This document shows positions 49,001 to 62,625 of a stretch of DNA of 64,000 nt, piece by piece. The stretch spans positions 620,001 to 684,000 of the forward strand of contig JBLDXI010000021.1 in NCBI GenBank assembly GCA_047495785.1, given 5' to 3'. Position 1 is the stretch's first letter; every line of letters starts with the position of its first letter. Made by a program: the position numbers and the translations under genes. This stretch comes from Lepidodermella squamata. Taxonomy: Eukaryota > Animalia > Gastrotricha. The notes under the pieces are model-generated. The model made no database searches, was not told the origin of the DNA, and was given only the letters and a program-made list of their open reading frames with translations.

Positions 49001-52000
49001 GTTGCAGATAGACGGGATGGCCTGTATCAGCGCGTTGACGACGATTTTCATGCCGTCCCAGCGCGAAACGGCGCGGAGCGGCCGGAGCGCGCGCAGGGTT
49101 CGCAGGGCCCTGAATGCGGCCAGATTGCCGAGCCCGGCGCCCTCCGCCACCCAGCTGATGATCGAGACGCCGACGATGACAAAGTCAAGCCAGCACCAAC
49201 CGTCGGAGAAATATCGCCAAAAGCCGAGCGCGATCCACTTGAGAACCATTTCTGTGTTTACACGATGAAAATAATGTAACGAAATTTGAAAACAGCGCGC
49301 CGGCTCATTAGCCCGAAATTATATTCAGCCAACGTCCAGCCTTATTTTATATTGAATAACGTCAATTGATGCGAACAGGGAATAATATCGATCCGCGATC
49401 ATCGTCTTATCCTTTTATATACGTACGCATATACGCGAAGATTTATTTTTCTACAACGAAATAATTGTCTGTTAGGATTAAAAGATGTCATGCCACTTGA
49501 TCATAGCGGAAAATTGTGAATTTCTACCGCATGCAAAATGCTAATTCTTCGCGTTTCTCACCGCATTCTGCGGCCTATTTTCACCTTGATTCTCGTCATC
49601 TGCGCCGCTTTTTCACTCCTTCTATCGCAGTACAAACAGGTTAAAACTTCGAACAACCTCGAGGAGTGTAACGTTCAATCGGAAAATGAATGCGTTGATT
49701 TCGTCGTTCCTGAAAAATGGCGATATTCACTCGAAAAACGCGACATTTTAGACCTCAGCAAAGTCTTGCTCATCGTTCACTTTAACTCACAAAGCGCTTA
49801 CGGAGCTATTAAATGGGCCAACTCGCTTTACAAAAAGTAAATTTTCCATAAATATGAATTATTGCTGTTAATTTCGATTTTCCAGCATATTTTCAGAGCT
49901 AGTTTTCTGTGGGCCAGGTTTGAATGGAAAAATAAATCTAGACGGCGTTAAATTCGTCAGTTACGTCGATTGGACGAAACAAGACCCGTTTTTCCGCGAA
50001 ATGATAGCGCAAAAAGCAGAAAATTTCTACGCCTGTATAGAGGCGGCCTTAACTTTGTTCGAAAATGGCGAAATCGACAGCTTCGAAGGAGTTATGGCCA
50101 TGTCCGACGACGTCATCGCTAATTTCTGGCAGCTAAAAAAAGACGGTTTTACGACAGAAGACTGCTGGCTCATGGCGCCTGATCCGCCGATTGTTTTCGA
50201 CATTTACAGCGGAAATTTTTGCGATGAAAATGGCTGCCCGTCAAGCGATTGGATGTGGCCTAGTATTTATCGCGATTCCCTCATGTCCTTCTACAGGGAA
50301 TTATCAGAACTCGACGAATGGGCTGGCGTAGAAGCTCGACTTACAAATCTAACATGTAATATATTTAAAAAAAAATTAATTGAATTTTAATCTTTTGTTT
50401 AGTTGGCTACAACAACAGATTATTGGGACGAACAAGTGCGGATTTTTTCTACATTTCTAGAAACTACCTCGCCGAGGCATTGGACCTATTCCGACTTTTC
50501 AACAAATACCGAGTTTTCATGGAAATCGCCGTTCCAACAACCCTGCATTTGATCACGTGGCAAAATAAATCGCTCAAATACGTCGATACGAAAGGCCATA
50601 ACTGGGCTACCTCAGACCCGAATCGGCCGTCAGCCGTTGAAACGTACCGAAGCGATCTTCACCTTGCTCATCCTTTCAAAATGTCAAAGTTGTTCGGCGA
50701 AAATTTGACGGTGAAAGAACGCCGTGAAAATTGTTTGTATTGCGCTATTAAAAAGTTGACTCAAACCTACGCGTATCTTCAAAAATCCAATCGAAACAAA
50801 GGATAGCGTCGACTCAATGAAATGATCTAGTCTTTCACATGCAACTTACCAATGGCGAAAATGACCGTAAAACACTTGTCCATAGCATCGAGAACACTCA
50901 TTAACGTGTCGTTTTTCCGAGTATGCTTGTCTTCAATCGCCTAGAAATTGTTAATTAAAATTATAGCTAAAATAAATGTAATAAAAACAATCAATATTTA
51001 CCAGAGCTAATGAGCTTATTATAATCAGAGTTATGATGATAGATTCGAAGAATTTATGCTCGATGACTTTGAGCGCTTTCCGGCGGAAATTTGTGAATCT
51101 TAGCCCGGCCGGGCGGCTCATCATTCTATTGATAAACGGGAATCTCTTGTAACAACACGACGGGCAGCATTCCGGGACATTCGACATGGAAGAAAGTGTC
51201 CTGATTCGGGACGCCATCGGTGGAATGAAAGAAATCGGACGAGGCCGGATCGACGGTAGGGTGGTTGATTTGTGCAGTGAAGCACTCGCCGATGTTGCCG
51301 GGTGTTGTTGCAACTGTGATTCAACGTCTGTTAGCTTATCCGAGCCATCTTTTACGTACACGCCTGAATGTTGAGGCGAAGTTTCCGTAACAGGGTCAGA
51401 GTGTTCAAACACCTGTTCTAACGCCTGCTCCCGGCGAGCGACGATTGAGCCCAGGGTGTCTCGTAGGGTGCGAGCATCAAGCCGTTTGTCTCGAAGTCGG
51501 ATTCCACACAATCCCGCAATTTTAATTTTTATGAAATTAAATAACCGAGAAAATCTATTTAAAATGTGCGATTATTACAAAAAATTCCCGCATTGTAAAA
51601 AAATTACCGGTCTATCGCTTCGGCCAACTTGTTAATTTCGGTCGATTTTTCTTCCATAATGCTTTGAATATTGTCGGATGAAAATGAGTCGAGCAATAAG
51701 GCCAGAAACAAATTGAGCACCTACATAGAATTTAGGATTAAACTGCAGTTTTGTTAATTTTCAAGAGTGCTTCTTACCACAAGATTTCCGACGACTAGAG
51801 TTAGGACGAAAAATGGAATGCATGGCCAGCCGTAGACAACCATACAGTCCCAGGTTGACTCGACCCACTCGCCACACAAAACTCGAAAGACAATCATGAA
51901 AGAATGAGTGAAATCCTAAAAATTTGACAATGAATTCATGTAAATTTAGAATAATTATCGCGAACTTCAAAGTGCCACCGCGGCAACTCGCCGTCGGGAA

Positions 52001-55000
52001 ATTTGTGAATATTCAGCCGGTAAGACTTGCCGAAAAGCTGCATGCCCATAACGGCGAAAATGAACACGATAATGCCGAGGACGAAGGTCAAATTGCCGAG
52101 AGCGCCGAGAGTCCGGCCAATAATACCGATTAGAAGGTTCAAGGTCGGCCAAGATCGAGCTAGCTTAAACACTCGCAACTAAATTTTGAATAGAAAATGT
52201 ATAAATTAAAAATCGGAAATTACTAATTTGACTAACCAATCTGAAGGTTCTGAGCACGGAAAGTCCTTGAACGCCTTCGAGGCCCAATTCAACGAGGGAA
52301 AGAAAGACAATGAACGAGTCGAAAACGTTCCAAGGATCGACAAAATATCGGCAAGGGCTCAACGCCAGAATCTTCAGCACGGATTCAGTGGCGAACACGG
52401 CAGTGAAAAACTGAAATACAAAAAAAGAGTATAAATAGTTGCGCCATTAAAATTGAGGTTACAACAATAAATTTTCCGAGTCTTATTCAATACCAAAGCC
52501 CCCTTCTGTGACCTTAGGATTTTCTAGATTAGTTACCCTAGTAGCATCAACTATAAGTTCAATCAATGGTTGTTTAAGGACTTCTAAAATGGCAAAAATC
52601 ACTGATTTACAAAATCGATAATTGAAATCGATAAAATCTTCGCCCATGGCACAAAATACGCACAATAGTGAGATCTATCGGCTACAACGGTAATAAAAAT
52701 TGAGATTCTGTGTAAATTTTTGAGAACAACACTTTAATAGTAAGCATTTTTGACGAGTTTTGAAATTTGTTTCCCCTAAACATATCCTGAAAATGTTGTG
52801 TTAAAGCCTACAATTTAGTGCTGAAACCCTGAATTTAGGCACACCAAATAACAACGTTTTATTGGAATTTTCGGAAATTGTTTAAATTTACATAATTCCC
52901 TTGACGAAGTTGTTGCTCGAAGGTCGGACTCATGCCGTGGTGGTCCAGCGCCATGAACAGCGTATTGACAACAATGCAAAGCGTGATGAACAAATCAACG
53001 AAACAGTCGTTGACGAAAAGCTCGAAATATCGATGCGCCTTGCTGTTCCAACACCGCCGGATGCAAGTAACGCACGGCGGCTCGATGAGAGGCGGCGTCG
53101 TTTCACTTTCAAGCTCGGCGTGCGGCGAATCGTCATGGCCGAGGGCTATCACAATTTCCCGCTGAACGTCCTCCTGTTCGGCGCGGATTTCAGCCTGGTT
53201 CGAGCCCTGCTCACTCTGCAGGCTCATGCGACTTGAGCAGATACTCGCCGATTCGCCCAGCCGGCTCAGCGAGTCGTCCATCATCGGCAGTTTTATCCGC
53301 CGGTATCGTCGAGGGGTAGCTGAGAACACGTCGATGGCTAGAATCGATCCTGGGTCATCGACGGCCGGCCGCCGTTCCAGCTTACCACGCCGGCCGATTT
53401 GCTGCCGCAGACTTTCCATAACAACCTCAGGCGGGCCGATCGCCAGCGTTTCGTCTTCAATCGAAGCCGACCCGCGGCGTAGAGCAGTTAGCCGCCACGG
53501 CATGAGTTGAGCATTCGGAGAGTCGCTAGGCGGCGGTGGAGGTGCGCCAAGGGACGTCAGCCTTGAATCGCTAGATTCGTCCCGGGAATGCGGGATTGGT
53601 GGCGGTGGGAGGGATGGCACGCCAGTACCGGAAGGTCCTATCGAGGATAACTCGGCCTGTGAGCCAGCCGCGAGCTTTTGAATGGCGAGCAAGTATTCAG
53701 ATATGTGGAAGTCGCAGTTGTAAACGGCTTCTGATGTTGGCGTGGGGACTTGCGAGTCGTCAAGATAGGGCAGGCTGATACGGGTCGGGCCAAGCATCCG
53801 TCGCCTGCGCGCTGTGTTCGGCGTTATTGTTCCACTCTATAAAAAAATTATAGAAAAACCAATTTTATCAAATCAGTAAATCAACAGCAAAAAAGCGACA
53901 AATCTTACGAGTTTAGCAAAATTGGCCGTGAATTTGGAACCAAATACTTGGAAAAACTTGAGCTCCTCGATTTTGATTCCGAAATTGCTCGAAAAATTAG
54001 GCATTTTTAGATCACTTGGTATGCTTTGATTAGATTTATGGCTTAGACAAGGTTTTTTTTAAGCAAACGATTGGTTGTTACAAACGATTTTTTGGTAGTT
54101 ACTGAAAATTTTTGTGCTGCTTTGGTGACAATTACTTGTAATTTTAACCAATAATACGAGAGAAGCAAGGAAATGTTGAGGATTTTCCACTAAAAAAGGC
54201 TCCGAAACCTCCTAAAAATGAGGTTATAGGAGCCTTTTCCAGACGTTACTTCGATTTTTGTTGTTACAATTGGTCCGATCAGGAGCGGCGTTAGGTATCG
54301 AGGCGACCAAGGCAAGCTCAATTATTGCAAATTGGAATATTTCAAAAGTCGCTTGGAGTTGATGCAACAGCTATAACTCAGCGAAGAAAATGGGGATTAT
54401 ACCTAATTCTATGCGAAATGCGAGCGTAGCGAGCTTTAGCTGACGATATTGTACTTTGATTTGGGCCGAAAATACCCTAAATTCGCTCAGAAATGTACTG
54501 TTTTAGTTCTTTGGAATGAAACCTTCTTGCTGCAAACCTGTGATTACGATGGGAATGCCGTTTATTTTGAGCGCTTATTTCTCCTAGCCCCACTGTTCTT
54601 TTATTTGAGATGGAAGGCGTAAACTCCTGGAAACGTTAAAGCAATGAAGGCTAACTAATGATGTTCTGGAGAAAATCAATCATGCGAGCGTAGCGAGCAG
54701 AAAAATTTGAAGTTTCTCGCGCATTTTGCCCTATTTCTTTGGGTAAAACGGAGTGAATTAGTGAAGTATATAGCCTAAGTTTAGCTTAAGTTATCGCAGC
54801 CAACAGCCAACCGTGAAATTCAAAAGTTGATTATATTCGCTACTTGCGTGATACGCCAGGTTTTGATGGCTTACCGTGATCATTTCCATGAAAAAAATGC
54901 TGACCTTGGCGGTCAGCGACCGAGGCGGCCGCCTCGGTCGCCTGCGCCTAACGCCGCTTCTGGGTCCGATTGATTGTTATATTGTAACATGTGTAAAATG

Positions 55001-57952
55001 CTTAAAAAACACTGCGGCTTAGATCAACGACCTATGTCAATCAAGATAAACGATATTCCAAAGAGTTAAATCAAACGATCAGATCTCAGAATAGAAAAAT
55101 CTCTTGAAAATTAAAGGAAATCCAAGGTTTATGAAGCAATGAATCCCAAAGCTCACAAAGGTCATGTAATGGATAGAAATAATCAAACCTCTTTATGATC
55201 TCTTTTGCCGTCGAAAAAATGAAATTCAAAATTTCCATGCTAAATAAAATTAAATCCTGGGCATTATTTGCTTCAAGTTTCATCTAGAAATGTAAGTTTT
55301 CATTTCATGGTTTGCATGAAACAAGGCTGACTTGCCAGATTCTAAATGCCCTCAAATCCAGCTTAATTTCAAAGTAACCCGGCGTCTTTAAAACAACGAA
55401 TTCAATGCTAATTCAGAGGTCGTGAAACTTACAGTTTGCCGCGATGATGACCTTCGATCTCGACTGAACGATGATTCTGCACCGGTTGTCATCGTCCAGG
55501 ATGATCGTCGCGAAACCGAGTAACCCTGTCGGTCCAGGGTTCGCCTCCGCGGGGGTAACTACAATATATTGGAAAAATTCAAACTAAGCAAAGAATTTCC
55601 ACCAATTTTCAGTCTCACCCTTGAGCTGCTCGGAGTTGGTGCGTCAAATGACCGAGCTCTTGTTTCCTCTTGCCGAATCATCGAAACCTGCCGGCTAGCC
55701 AGCAAAGCATTCGGGTCCGGGAAACCCCGCTCGGGGACAGTTATCTCCACCGCCATTGTTGTCGATGTGTGCTGGGGCGATAATTCAATGTCGCCATTCG
55801 CCTCGTTGAAAAACCGCTCGGCCTCCTCGTCCTCCCGCTCCTCGGCCGCGGCTGCTTCTTCAGCCTCTTGCAAGTCTTGGTAAGACATTGCAACAATGGC
55901 CAAAATCAAATTAATGAGGTAAAATGAGCCGAGGAAGATAACGAGCATGAAATAGATGACATGGTAGACCCCAGAGGATGCGATGACCTGGTGAAATAAT
56001 CGCTCCCAGCAATCCTGAGTCATCAACCGAAACCCGGCGAACATCGCCCAGCCGTAATTATCGAAACTGGTGTAGCCAAAGTCGGGATTTTCCCCCAAAT
56101 GTGTGATACAGGTGTAACCTTGAGGGCATTTTCTAAACGGAAAAATGTGGAACAAAATATTAAAGGAATTCCGAAAAAATTACCCAGCTCCGCAAACCAC
56201 ATAACCGCCATCTTCATCCTCGAGCCAATTTTCCGGGTTATGAACCCAATCTTCGATTTCGGCATCAGAATCTAAATCATCGCCGTCCTGAGCATGGCCC
56301 TCCTCTGCTTTTGCAAGCGTTGTATTCGAATTCGACTCTGTAACCAGGGCGTCGTTATCAAAAACCGGCTCAGGCGGCATAACCAGGGTTTTAATTTCAT
56401 CATCAGACGCTTTCACCTCAGCGCTTGTTAAACTAACAAGTTTCGCCCCGTCTTGCTGAGTTCCGCCGGTTATAACCGTCCCGAATTCGTGAGCATTGAC
56501 CGAATAGTTCGAGTTGATGTAACTTATCACTAAACCACGCCGTTTTCGTGTTAACAGTGTAGTAACGTAATTATCATTCGTTACAATGCCCTGTGGTACT
56601 ACAGTCGATAATTTCGGGCCAGCCATTCTTGTCGATGGGCTAGTTTCTTCATCAGTTGACTCTATCAGCATGTAATCGCCTAGAAAATTGTCAGGTGCCA
56701 CGGTTGAAACGCGGGTAATGTTGGTCGAATTCGGGTCTGGTGGAGTTCGAACGCATTTGCTGCCCAGTTGGCCCATGTACAGCTGTAGACCGATCAGAGC
56801 GAAAATTGATAACATAAATAGCGTTAGAACAGCCACGTCTCGCAAGCGACGAACGGCTTCTAACAACGCCCCGACGATTGTTTTCAAACCTAAAAAAATA
56901 TCGGATGAAACTAGATTTTAATTTAAAATTGGCGAAATTTACCAGGAACTATTGCTACTGTTTTTAATGCTCTCAAGACACGGAAAGTTCGAAGTATCGA
57001 AAGATTGCCAAGGTTCACGAAACTTGTAACGTACCTGAAAAAAATCATAAAAATTACAGCTAAAAATTCTCAAAAATTTTTTGAAAATTAAAAAAAGTTA
57101 TTAAAAATTGTCCTTACGCAAGTGTTATCACAATAAAATCGAGACTATTCCAAGCGTCCCGAATGTAGGTAAATGGAGCAAGAAAAAAGCCTCGAGCATG
57201 GATTTTTATCAGCGCTTCAAGAGAATAGACTGCCGTGAAAACGTATCTGTGAAAAATAATTCGATTGCAAAAATCAAGGAATATTGCCGAAAAAACTAAC
57301 TCAGCTACTTCAGGTGGCGATGTCATCGCCATGAAAACACAATTGCAGAGAATGGTGAGAATGACTAGCAAACTAAAAATAGGATGAACGAGAATGTAAA
57401 GCGCCGCCCGCCGCACAGGATTGAAAGGCGAATAGAGGAACAACGCATCAGTCGCAGAAAACCGGGTCAAATTTCGATCGCGGCCAATCACGATAAATGT
57501 CTAAAATAAAACCAGGTCAAAATTCGGTAGTCTAAAGTAAACAACCTAATGTTTACCGATCTTGATTTTCGATAGTACGGGTCGATATCTTCGAGGGGTA
57601 TACCAACCATGCTATCGTCAACTTTCACGCGAATGGGTAACTTTGAGCCGCTCTCGAGTTTCGGGTCTGGTTTCTCGACTTTCGGCTCCGTCGCCGTTGT
57701 TTTGCTCGGCGACGTTGTTGCTGATTTGTCGCCGGCCTTCCACTTGCTGAGAATGTCATGCATCTGCAGCTCCTCCTCGTCGACGGCGTCCTCAGGTGGT
57801 TGCTGCGTCGTCTTGCTCGCATCGCCATCTTTCGACTCTAGGTAGGCTTTCGTCAAAAGCGAGAAGCGAATAGGCGCTAGCTGCTTAGGCGGGTGCTTCG
57901 GCGACTTTTTCGGCGTCGTCGACAAGATGCCGGAAGCCGTCATCCCCCGCAT
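46093..57952 (-). CDS. Four-domain voltage-gated Nav1/para-type channel alpha subunit with atypical D-E-S-A filter, many exons
   Basis: Four S4 segments; P-loops TQDCWE / CGEWVE / ATFSGWIE / TSAGWD; MFMT inactivation motif; EF-like C-terminus and IQRKWR motif. Confidence 0.95.
46790..46918 (-). repeat. Coding 33-bp minisatellite, about four copies, in the domain IV P-S6 loop
   Basis: Encodes [43 protein letters not shown]. Confidence 0.95.
48190..48566. mobile_element. MITE copy 2 (Merlin-like) in a channel intron
   Basis: ~34-bp TIR GGGTCCCCCACAGAGCAGCAGGCTTCAAAGCAGG; TSD CCAATATC at 48182-48189 and 48567-48574. Confidence 0.95.
49538..50806 (+). CDS. DUF288/STELLO-like putative glycosyltransferase nested antisense in a channel intron, three exons
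   Basis: Type II signal anchor; [12 protein letters not shown]|[10 protein letters not shown]; [15 protein letters not shown]; ADFFYI; FMEIAVPT; HPFKMS. Confidence 0.8.
54280..54962. mobile_element. hAT-type non-autonomous element in a channel intron
   Basis: TIR CAGGAGCGGCGTTAGG / CCTAACGCCGCTTCTG; 8-bp TSD GGTCCGAT at 54272-54279 and 54963-54970. Confidence 0.9.
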
Positions 57953-59333
57953 CTTCAATCAGCGTCGGTCGTATCACCTCAACAGGGTGCCCTACAGCCA
58001 TCGCTTAACCTGCCGCCGCCATCAGCGCTCATGTCTCTCAACGGCTTGAACGCAACATCGGAACGTATTCTCGATACTACCCGATACCTTGGCGATATTC
58101 GTGCAAAAATGTTAATTTTTTTATAACCGATATAATTTGTCTAGGAGTAGCGTGATATTAATATGAAAATGTTTGCATATTATCGCGAATATAAATGTAT
58201 GCGCGAGCCAATCGAGTGTAGCGGGTCTATGCAAAGAGGGCGAAGCAGCGGGCAGAAGTCATTAGTCGAATCAAAATGATTGGAATGGCCGATCGGCAAA
58301 CACATAAAATCCGGCCTTTTGGCGCTTTCTTGTCTTTAGAAAAAGCTAAAAGCAGCGGCTATCTACTGGCTATCCTTTTATGCGCGTGTGTTAATATAGA
58401 GGACTGATGATGGTAATGATAAGACAATAAGACAAAATGACTTGTATCATATGGTAATGGTACTACTGCTAATCATGAAAACAATAAAACGCGCATATAC
58501 ACTTGAAATGAAGAAAGGAGGAGCCGGCGACGTACTGCCTTCCGCGCCCCAGAAAACAAAACCACGCAGCAGCAGTTATGGATAGTCCATCGAGAAGCTT
58601 CACTTTCTCTATTATTGTTAGTGTATGCCAGGCATGGCGAGGGACACTGGTCGCCGATAAAAAGGTGGCCGCGCGCGGGCTATAATATTAAGGGTCTTTA
58701 TGCCATGTGCCGGGCCGTCTTTTTCAGCCACCCTGTGTTATTGACTCGCGCGCGACGATTGGCCATGAAATATAAGAAACGCGCATGAGCGCCGCGCTTG
58801 CGTCGAAACAAAATATTGCACGCCTTGTCGGTCAGTGCCTGGACCAATGGCGCGACTCGAGGGAGGGATGCAACACGCGCGTCATTATTATACATGATTA
58901 TCGATAGTAAAATCCTCGCCGTTTCACCACCGCCAGTATAGAGTATCACGCGTTCGCAGCTAGGGATGCGCGATAGTCGCACAGATGGAACCGTCTCGAA
59001 GGATGCCAACAACTGGGCCAAGAAAAAACGAATGCAAATTGCATGTCCCCGACGGTTCGCCCTCCCTCATCGGTCCGATCTAAACACTGCGCAATTTATC
59101 GCTTGGTCAGAGCTGGCCTACAGTAATAATAATAACAACCGCCGAACACACGCATGAAAACGGTAGTAAACAATGCTGAAAAATTATGAATCAGCCAACG
59201 AGAATATATTTTACAAATCCAACGTTTATTCTTACAAAATTCACACGCCTCTTCATTTATAAGACTTCTTGTAGAAAACAATGTAAATTTCGGTAATAAG
59301 CAGTGATCATACAAGGCGTTTTTATTGCAAAAT

Positions 59334-60168
59334 TTATTCATTTAAAATCCTTCGAACTGCCGCGCCAACACCAGCTACCCCAGCAGCTCCGGTTATTTGA
59401 TGGTTGAACTGCAAATAGGAGAAATTTGTAAAAATCCACCTTAATTTCGACAAATCAAGTTTAATTACCCTGAATAAATAAGGTTGTACGTCCGAAAGCG
59501 AGGTGTAGTAAATCGAATCCAAGTCGCGTCGAGTTGGCGTTGCTGGGACGAAGTGGTGTTGATTTATGAGTTGGCAAACCGTTAGAGCTGCATCACTGAC
59601 TTGTCGAGTTGTTTGGGCGTATGAAAGGGATCGACCTTAAAAATTTGCGATCTCATCTCCAGAAAAATCAAATTCAGGAAAACTTACTTTCTTCATCTTT
59701 TGCCGATGGCACAATATCGACTTTCACGGTCCATAGTTCCCAAGCTTGTCGATCAGAGGCGAAAAACAATCGGTTTGTGAAACTTTGCTTTCGCTGGTAA
59801 AATTCGAGAGTAATCTGCGTAGACGGCGTCGGATTCGTCGGAAACGAAGCTCTGAGCGCTTCGATAAATTTACCAATATTGGCATCGACTAGCTGCACCA
59901 AATCAGGCGAATTCACACGAACATAGGACAAGTCCAGCATTCGACAGTCGAAATCTTCGAAACCGACCGAGCCGACAACGCATATCTCCTCGTCTTTATA
60001 CTCGACTTTCCCAGTTGTTCGGTGGAAAAATATTGTGTGAAAAATCGCGCCAAGGGCCTCGGAAAGACACGAAATTTCCGATTTCTAAGGCGAAATTTTC
60101 AGGTTAAGTAGCAATTTTCAAATAAAAATTCAACTTACAAGGTAGAAAGAATGGGTTTTCGCGTTCAT
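59334..60168 (-). CDS. ATG101: Autophagy-related protein 101
   Basis: MNAKT..AIFHTIFFHRTTGK..GSVGFEDFDC..SYVRV..ITLEFYQRK..WELWTV..DVQPYLF. Confidence 0.95.
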
Positions 60169-60258
60169 CAAATATTTTCAAATAAATTACTAAAAGATGA
60201 GGAAAATCGAAGGTTGATATAATTCAAATATTTAGTATAATTTGAGCAGCCCAACAAT

Positions 60259-62625
60259 TTAATAGACCATTTCCGAGGAAAGTAAATCGAGCCTAGGTTT
60301 GAGCTCAGAAAGCGCATATTTCCCGCAACCCTTCACTTTCTTCTTCTTAGCACCATCCTCGTCATCAGAATCGTCCGTTCCGATAGATACCGGCTTACCG
60401 GAGTCGTACATATGCTTCGCAAAAAGCAGCAAAGCCGAACCAATTTTTTTGCCTTTCGCCCCGATTGCCTTGTTCGACATCAATGGTTCGATAATAATTC
60501 GACGAAATTCTGAATCGCCCAATTTTGATGGATGGAAAAATGTGTCGAGCAGGTTGTGAAGAAACGCGTAGGTCGGCGAGCCAGGAGCGGCAGAGGTGAA
60601 ATCAATGCATCGAAGGGCTGTTACCAGCGAAATCGCATTCGAACGAATCAGGTCGATGCAAATTTTCGCCGTATTGGCGACCAAACTAGGCGATCCACCT
60701 TCTTTCGCCAAACGTTCCGTGAAAGACTTTTTAACAGCTAAACGGAAAAGCCGTTGCTTTTTATCAGTTTCTTGAGAGCAAAGACGAGCGAGCAGTTGAG
60801 CGTAAAACGGGTTGTAATTCCGCTCTTTAACGCAGCATTGGAAGGCAACAGGAACTGCTTCGGTGCGCTGCAATTCAGACCGGAAAGGCAATTTCAGCAA
60901 GCGCTAAAAAATAGATCACAAAACCCAGGTCATAGTTAGCTTAATAATTTCGAGACCAACCTCAACAGCATCTTCAATGTCATTGCTCGAGACAATGACT
61001 GAAAATATCGAACGCCTAACGTCAGTGTTGAAATGCAGTTTTTGCGCCATTTCTGCATATTTTTTCTCCTCGGCCGAAACTTTGGTTTTATCAACTTTCT
61101 TTTCCTTAGCGTGTTTACCCGCTAAACCAGATATTTCCAACGCCATAGGCCCCGAGCAAGTGTCAGCTTTCAGCCACCAATTTGACCCTGATTCACCAAA
61201 GCCGGCTAATGCGGACAAAGAAACACGGAATGGCGAATCGTTAGCCGAGTCATGGGCTGACAACTCTTTCTTCAGTCGAACGTAAAGTTTAGCAAACCGC
61301 GCTGATTCTTCAGCGTCGTAACCAGGAATTTTCGCAAAATTATTATTTTTAACCGCAGAAATAACATCAGCGAGGAAATTCAACCGCGAACCAGGAGTAA
61401 CTTCCGCTTGAGACCGAGCACTAGCTGCGGCGTCTTGGACTTCGCGAATAGCTGACGACAAACCAGCCGGGTCGTTTTTACGCAATGCCGGACCAGCAGC
61501 GCGAAGAAGCACGATGGTCAAATTGGCAGCATATTCCGCCTTTTCATGGTCATAGTACTCAGCATTTGCTTGCATGATGTGGGCAGCGAGCATTTTCAAA
61601 ACATCAAGCAGTAGTACCGAGTCTAAGCAACGGTACAACAATAGGTGGGACAGCAATTTCATTGCATTTTCAAGTTTTGGCGTTTCTCTCATATCCGCTG
61701 CTTTGTCATCGTTTGCTTCGTTGTATTCGACCAACATCCACGTTAAACGATGAATCAACTGGCCCACAGCGTCTGTTGAGCAGCCAGTCGCTCGCAGAAG
61801 CGCGAAAACAATAGCGACCGGACTTGTTACCTTGTCAGGAATGACAAAAGTCGGCTTCGTGACACAAGTCGCTAGCGCTGAATCACATAGCGAGTTCGAA
61901 ATGGCTGCCCTGGGGAATGAACCGGAAGTATACAGCTGTCGAGCCTCGCTGAAAAGAGGAGGGACAGTTGGCTCCGATAAGCGATTCATAATTGCCATTG
62001 TGCGTTTGGATAATCGAATAGAGTCTTCAGTCGCAACAGCAGGTTTTTTAAGCAATTTAAGACTCGGTTCGTCCTCTTCACCTTCCGACTCGTCTTCAGC
62101 TGCACTTTCATCAGACTCGGCACTTTCCGCCTCTTCGGTGTAAAGAGCCTGCTTTCGCTTGTTTTTAACAGCTTTCGGTTTTGGTTCATCATCACTCTGG
62201 ATTTCAGAATCCTCATCCTCTGATCTGCTTTTCGGCGCTTCACTTTGCTGTTTCGACAAAAACTCGCTTTTCATTATTGGTTTCAGCAGATAATCAAGGC
62301 CCATATCTTTGAATGAAGCCGGGAGTTTCATCGATGACGCTGAGTCTTCCCTTTTCTTTCCATTTTTACGTTTTCTGCGCTTGTTGAGTCCGAGAAGTTT
62401 CTCAAGTCGCCGTATTTCAATTTCGTCCGCATCCAAGTCCTCGGCGCATGGTCGAGATTGCTGAGGTTCGTAGTTGTCGTCCAAACCATCCGCTAAATCG
62501 TCATCATCATAGTCAGATTCCTCATCCCGTCGACTCTGTCAAATTAGTAATAATATAATCTCAAGCCATAAAATATTCCATTTAAGTGTTACATTTTTCG
62601 ACCTGGTTTGCTTCCGTTTGGGCAT
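60259..62625 (-). CDS. NOM1: Nucleolar MIF4G domain protein 1 (Sgd1)
   Basis: EIRRLEKLLGL, MNRLSE, GPALRKNDP, SRLNFL, WW, NTDVRRSIFSVIVSS, ERNYNPFYAQL. Confidence 0.9.

Noticed and set aside
49252-52900. Channel split into two half-channel genes, as in aphids
   Set aside because: The junctions checked across the domain II-III region are GT-AG and consistent with one continuous gene
58150-59150. CG-rich stretch upstream of the channel as a defined promoter or CDS
   Set aside because: Probably regulatory, but no specific element or credible protein can be supported
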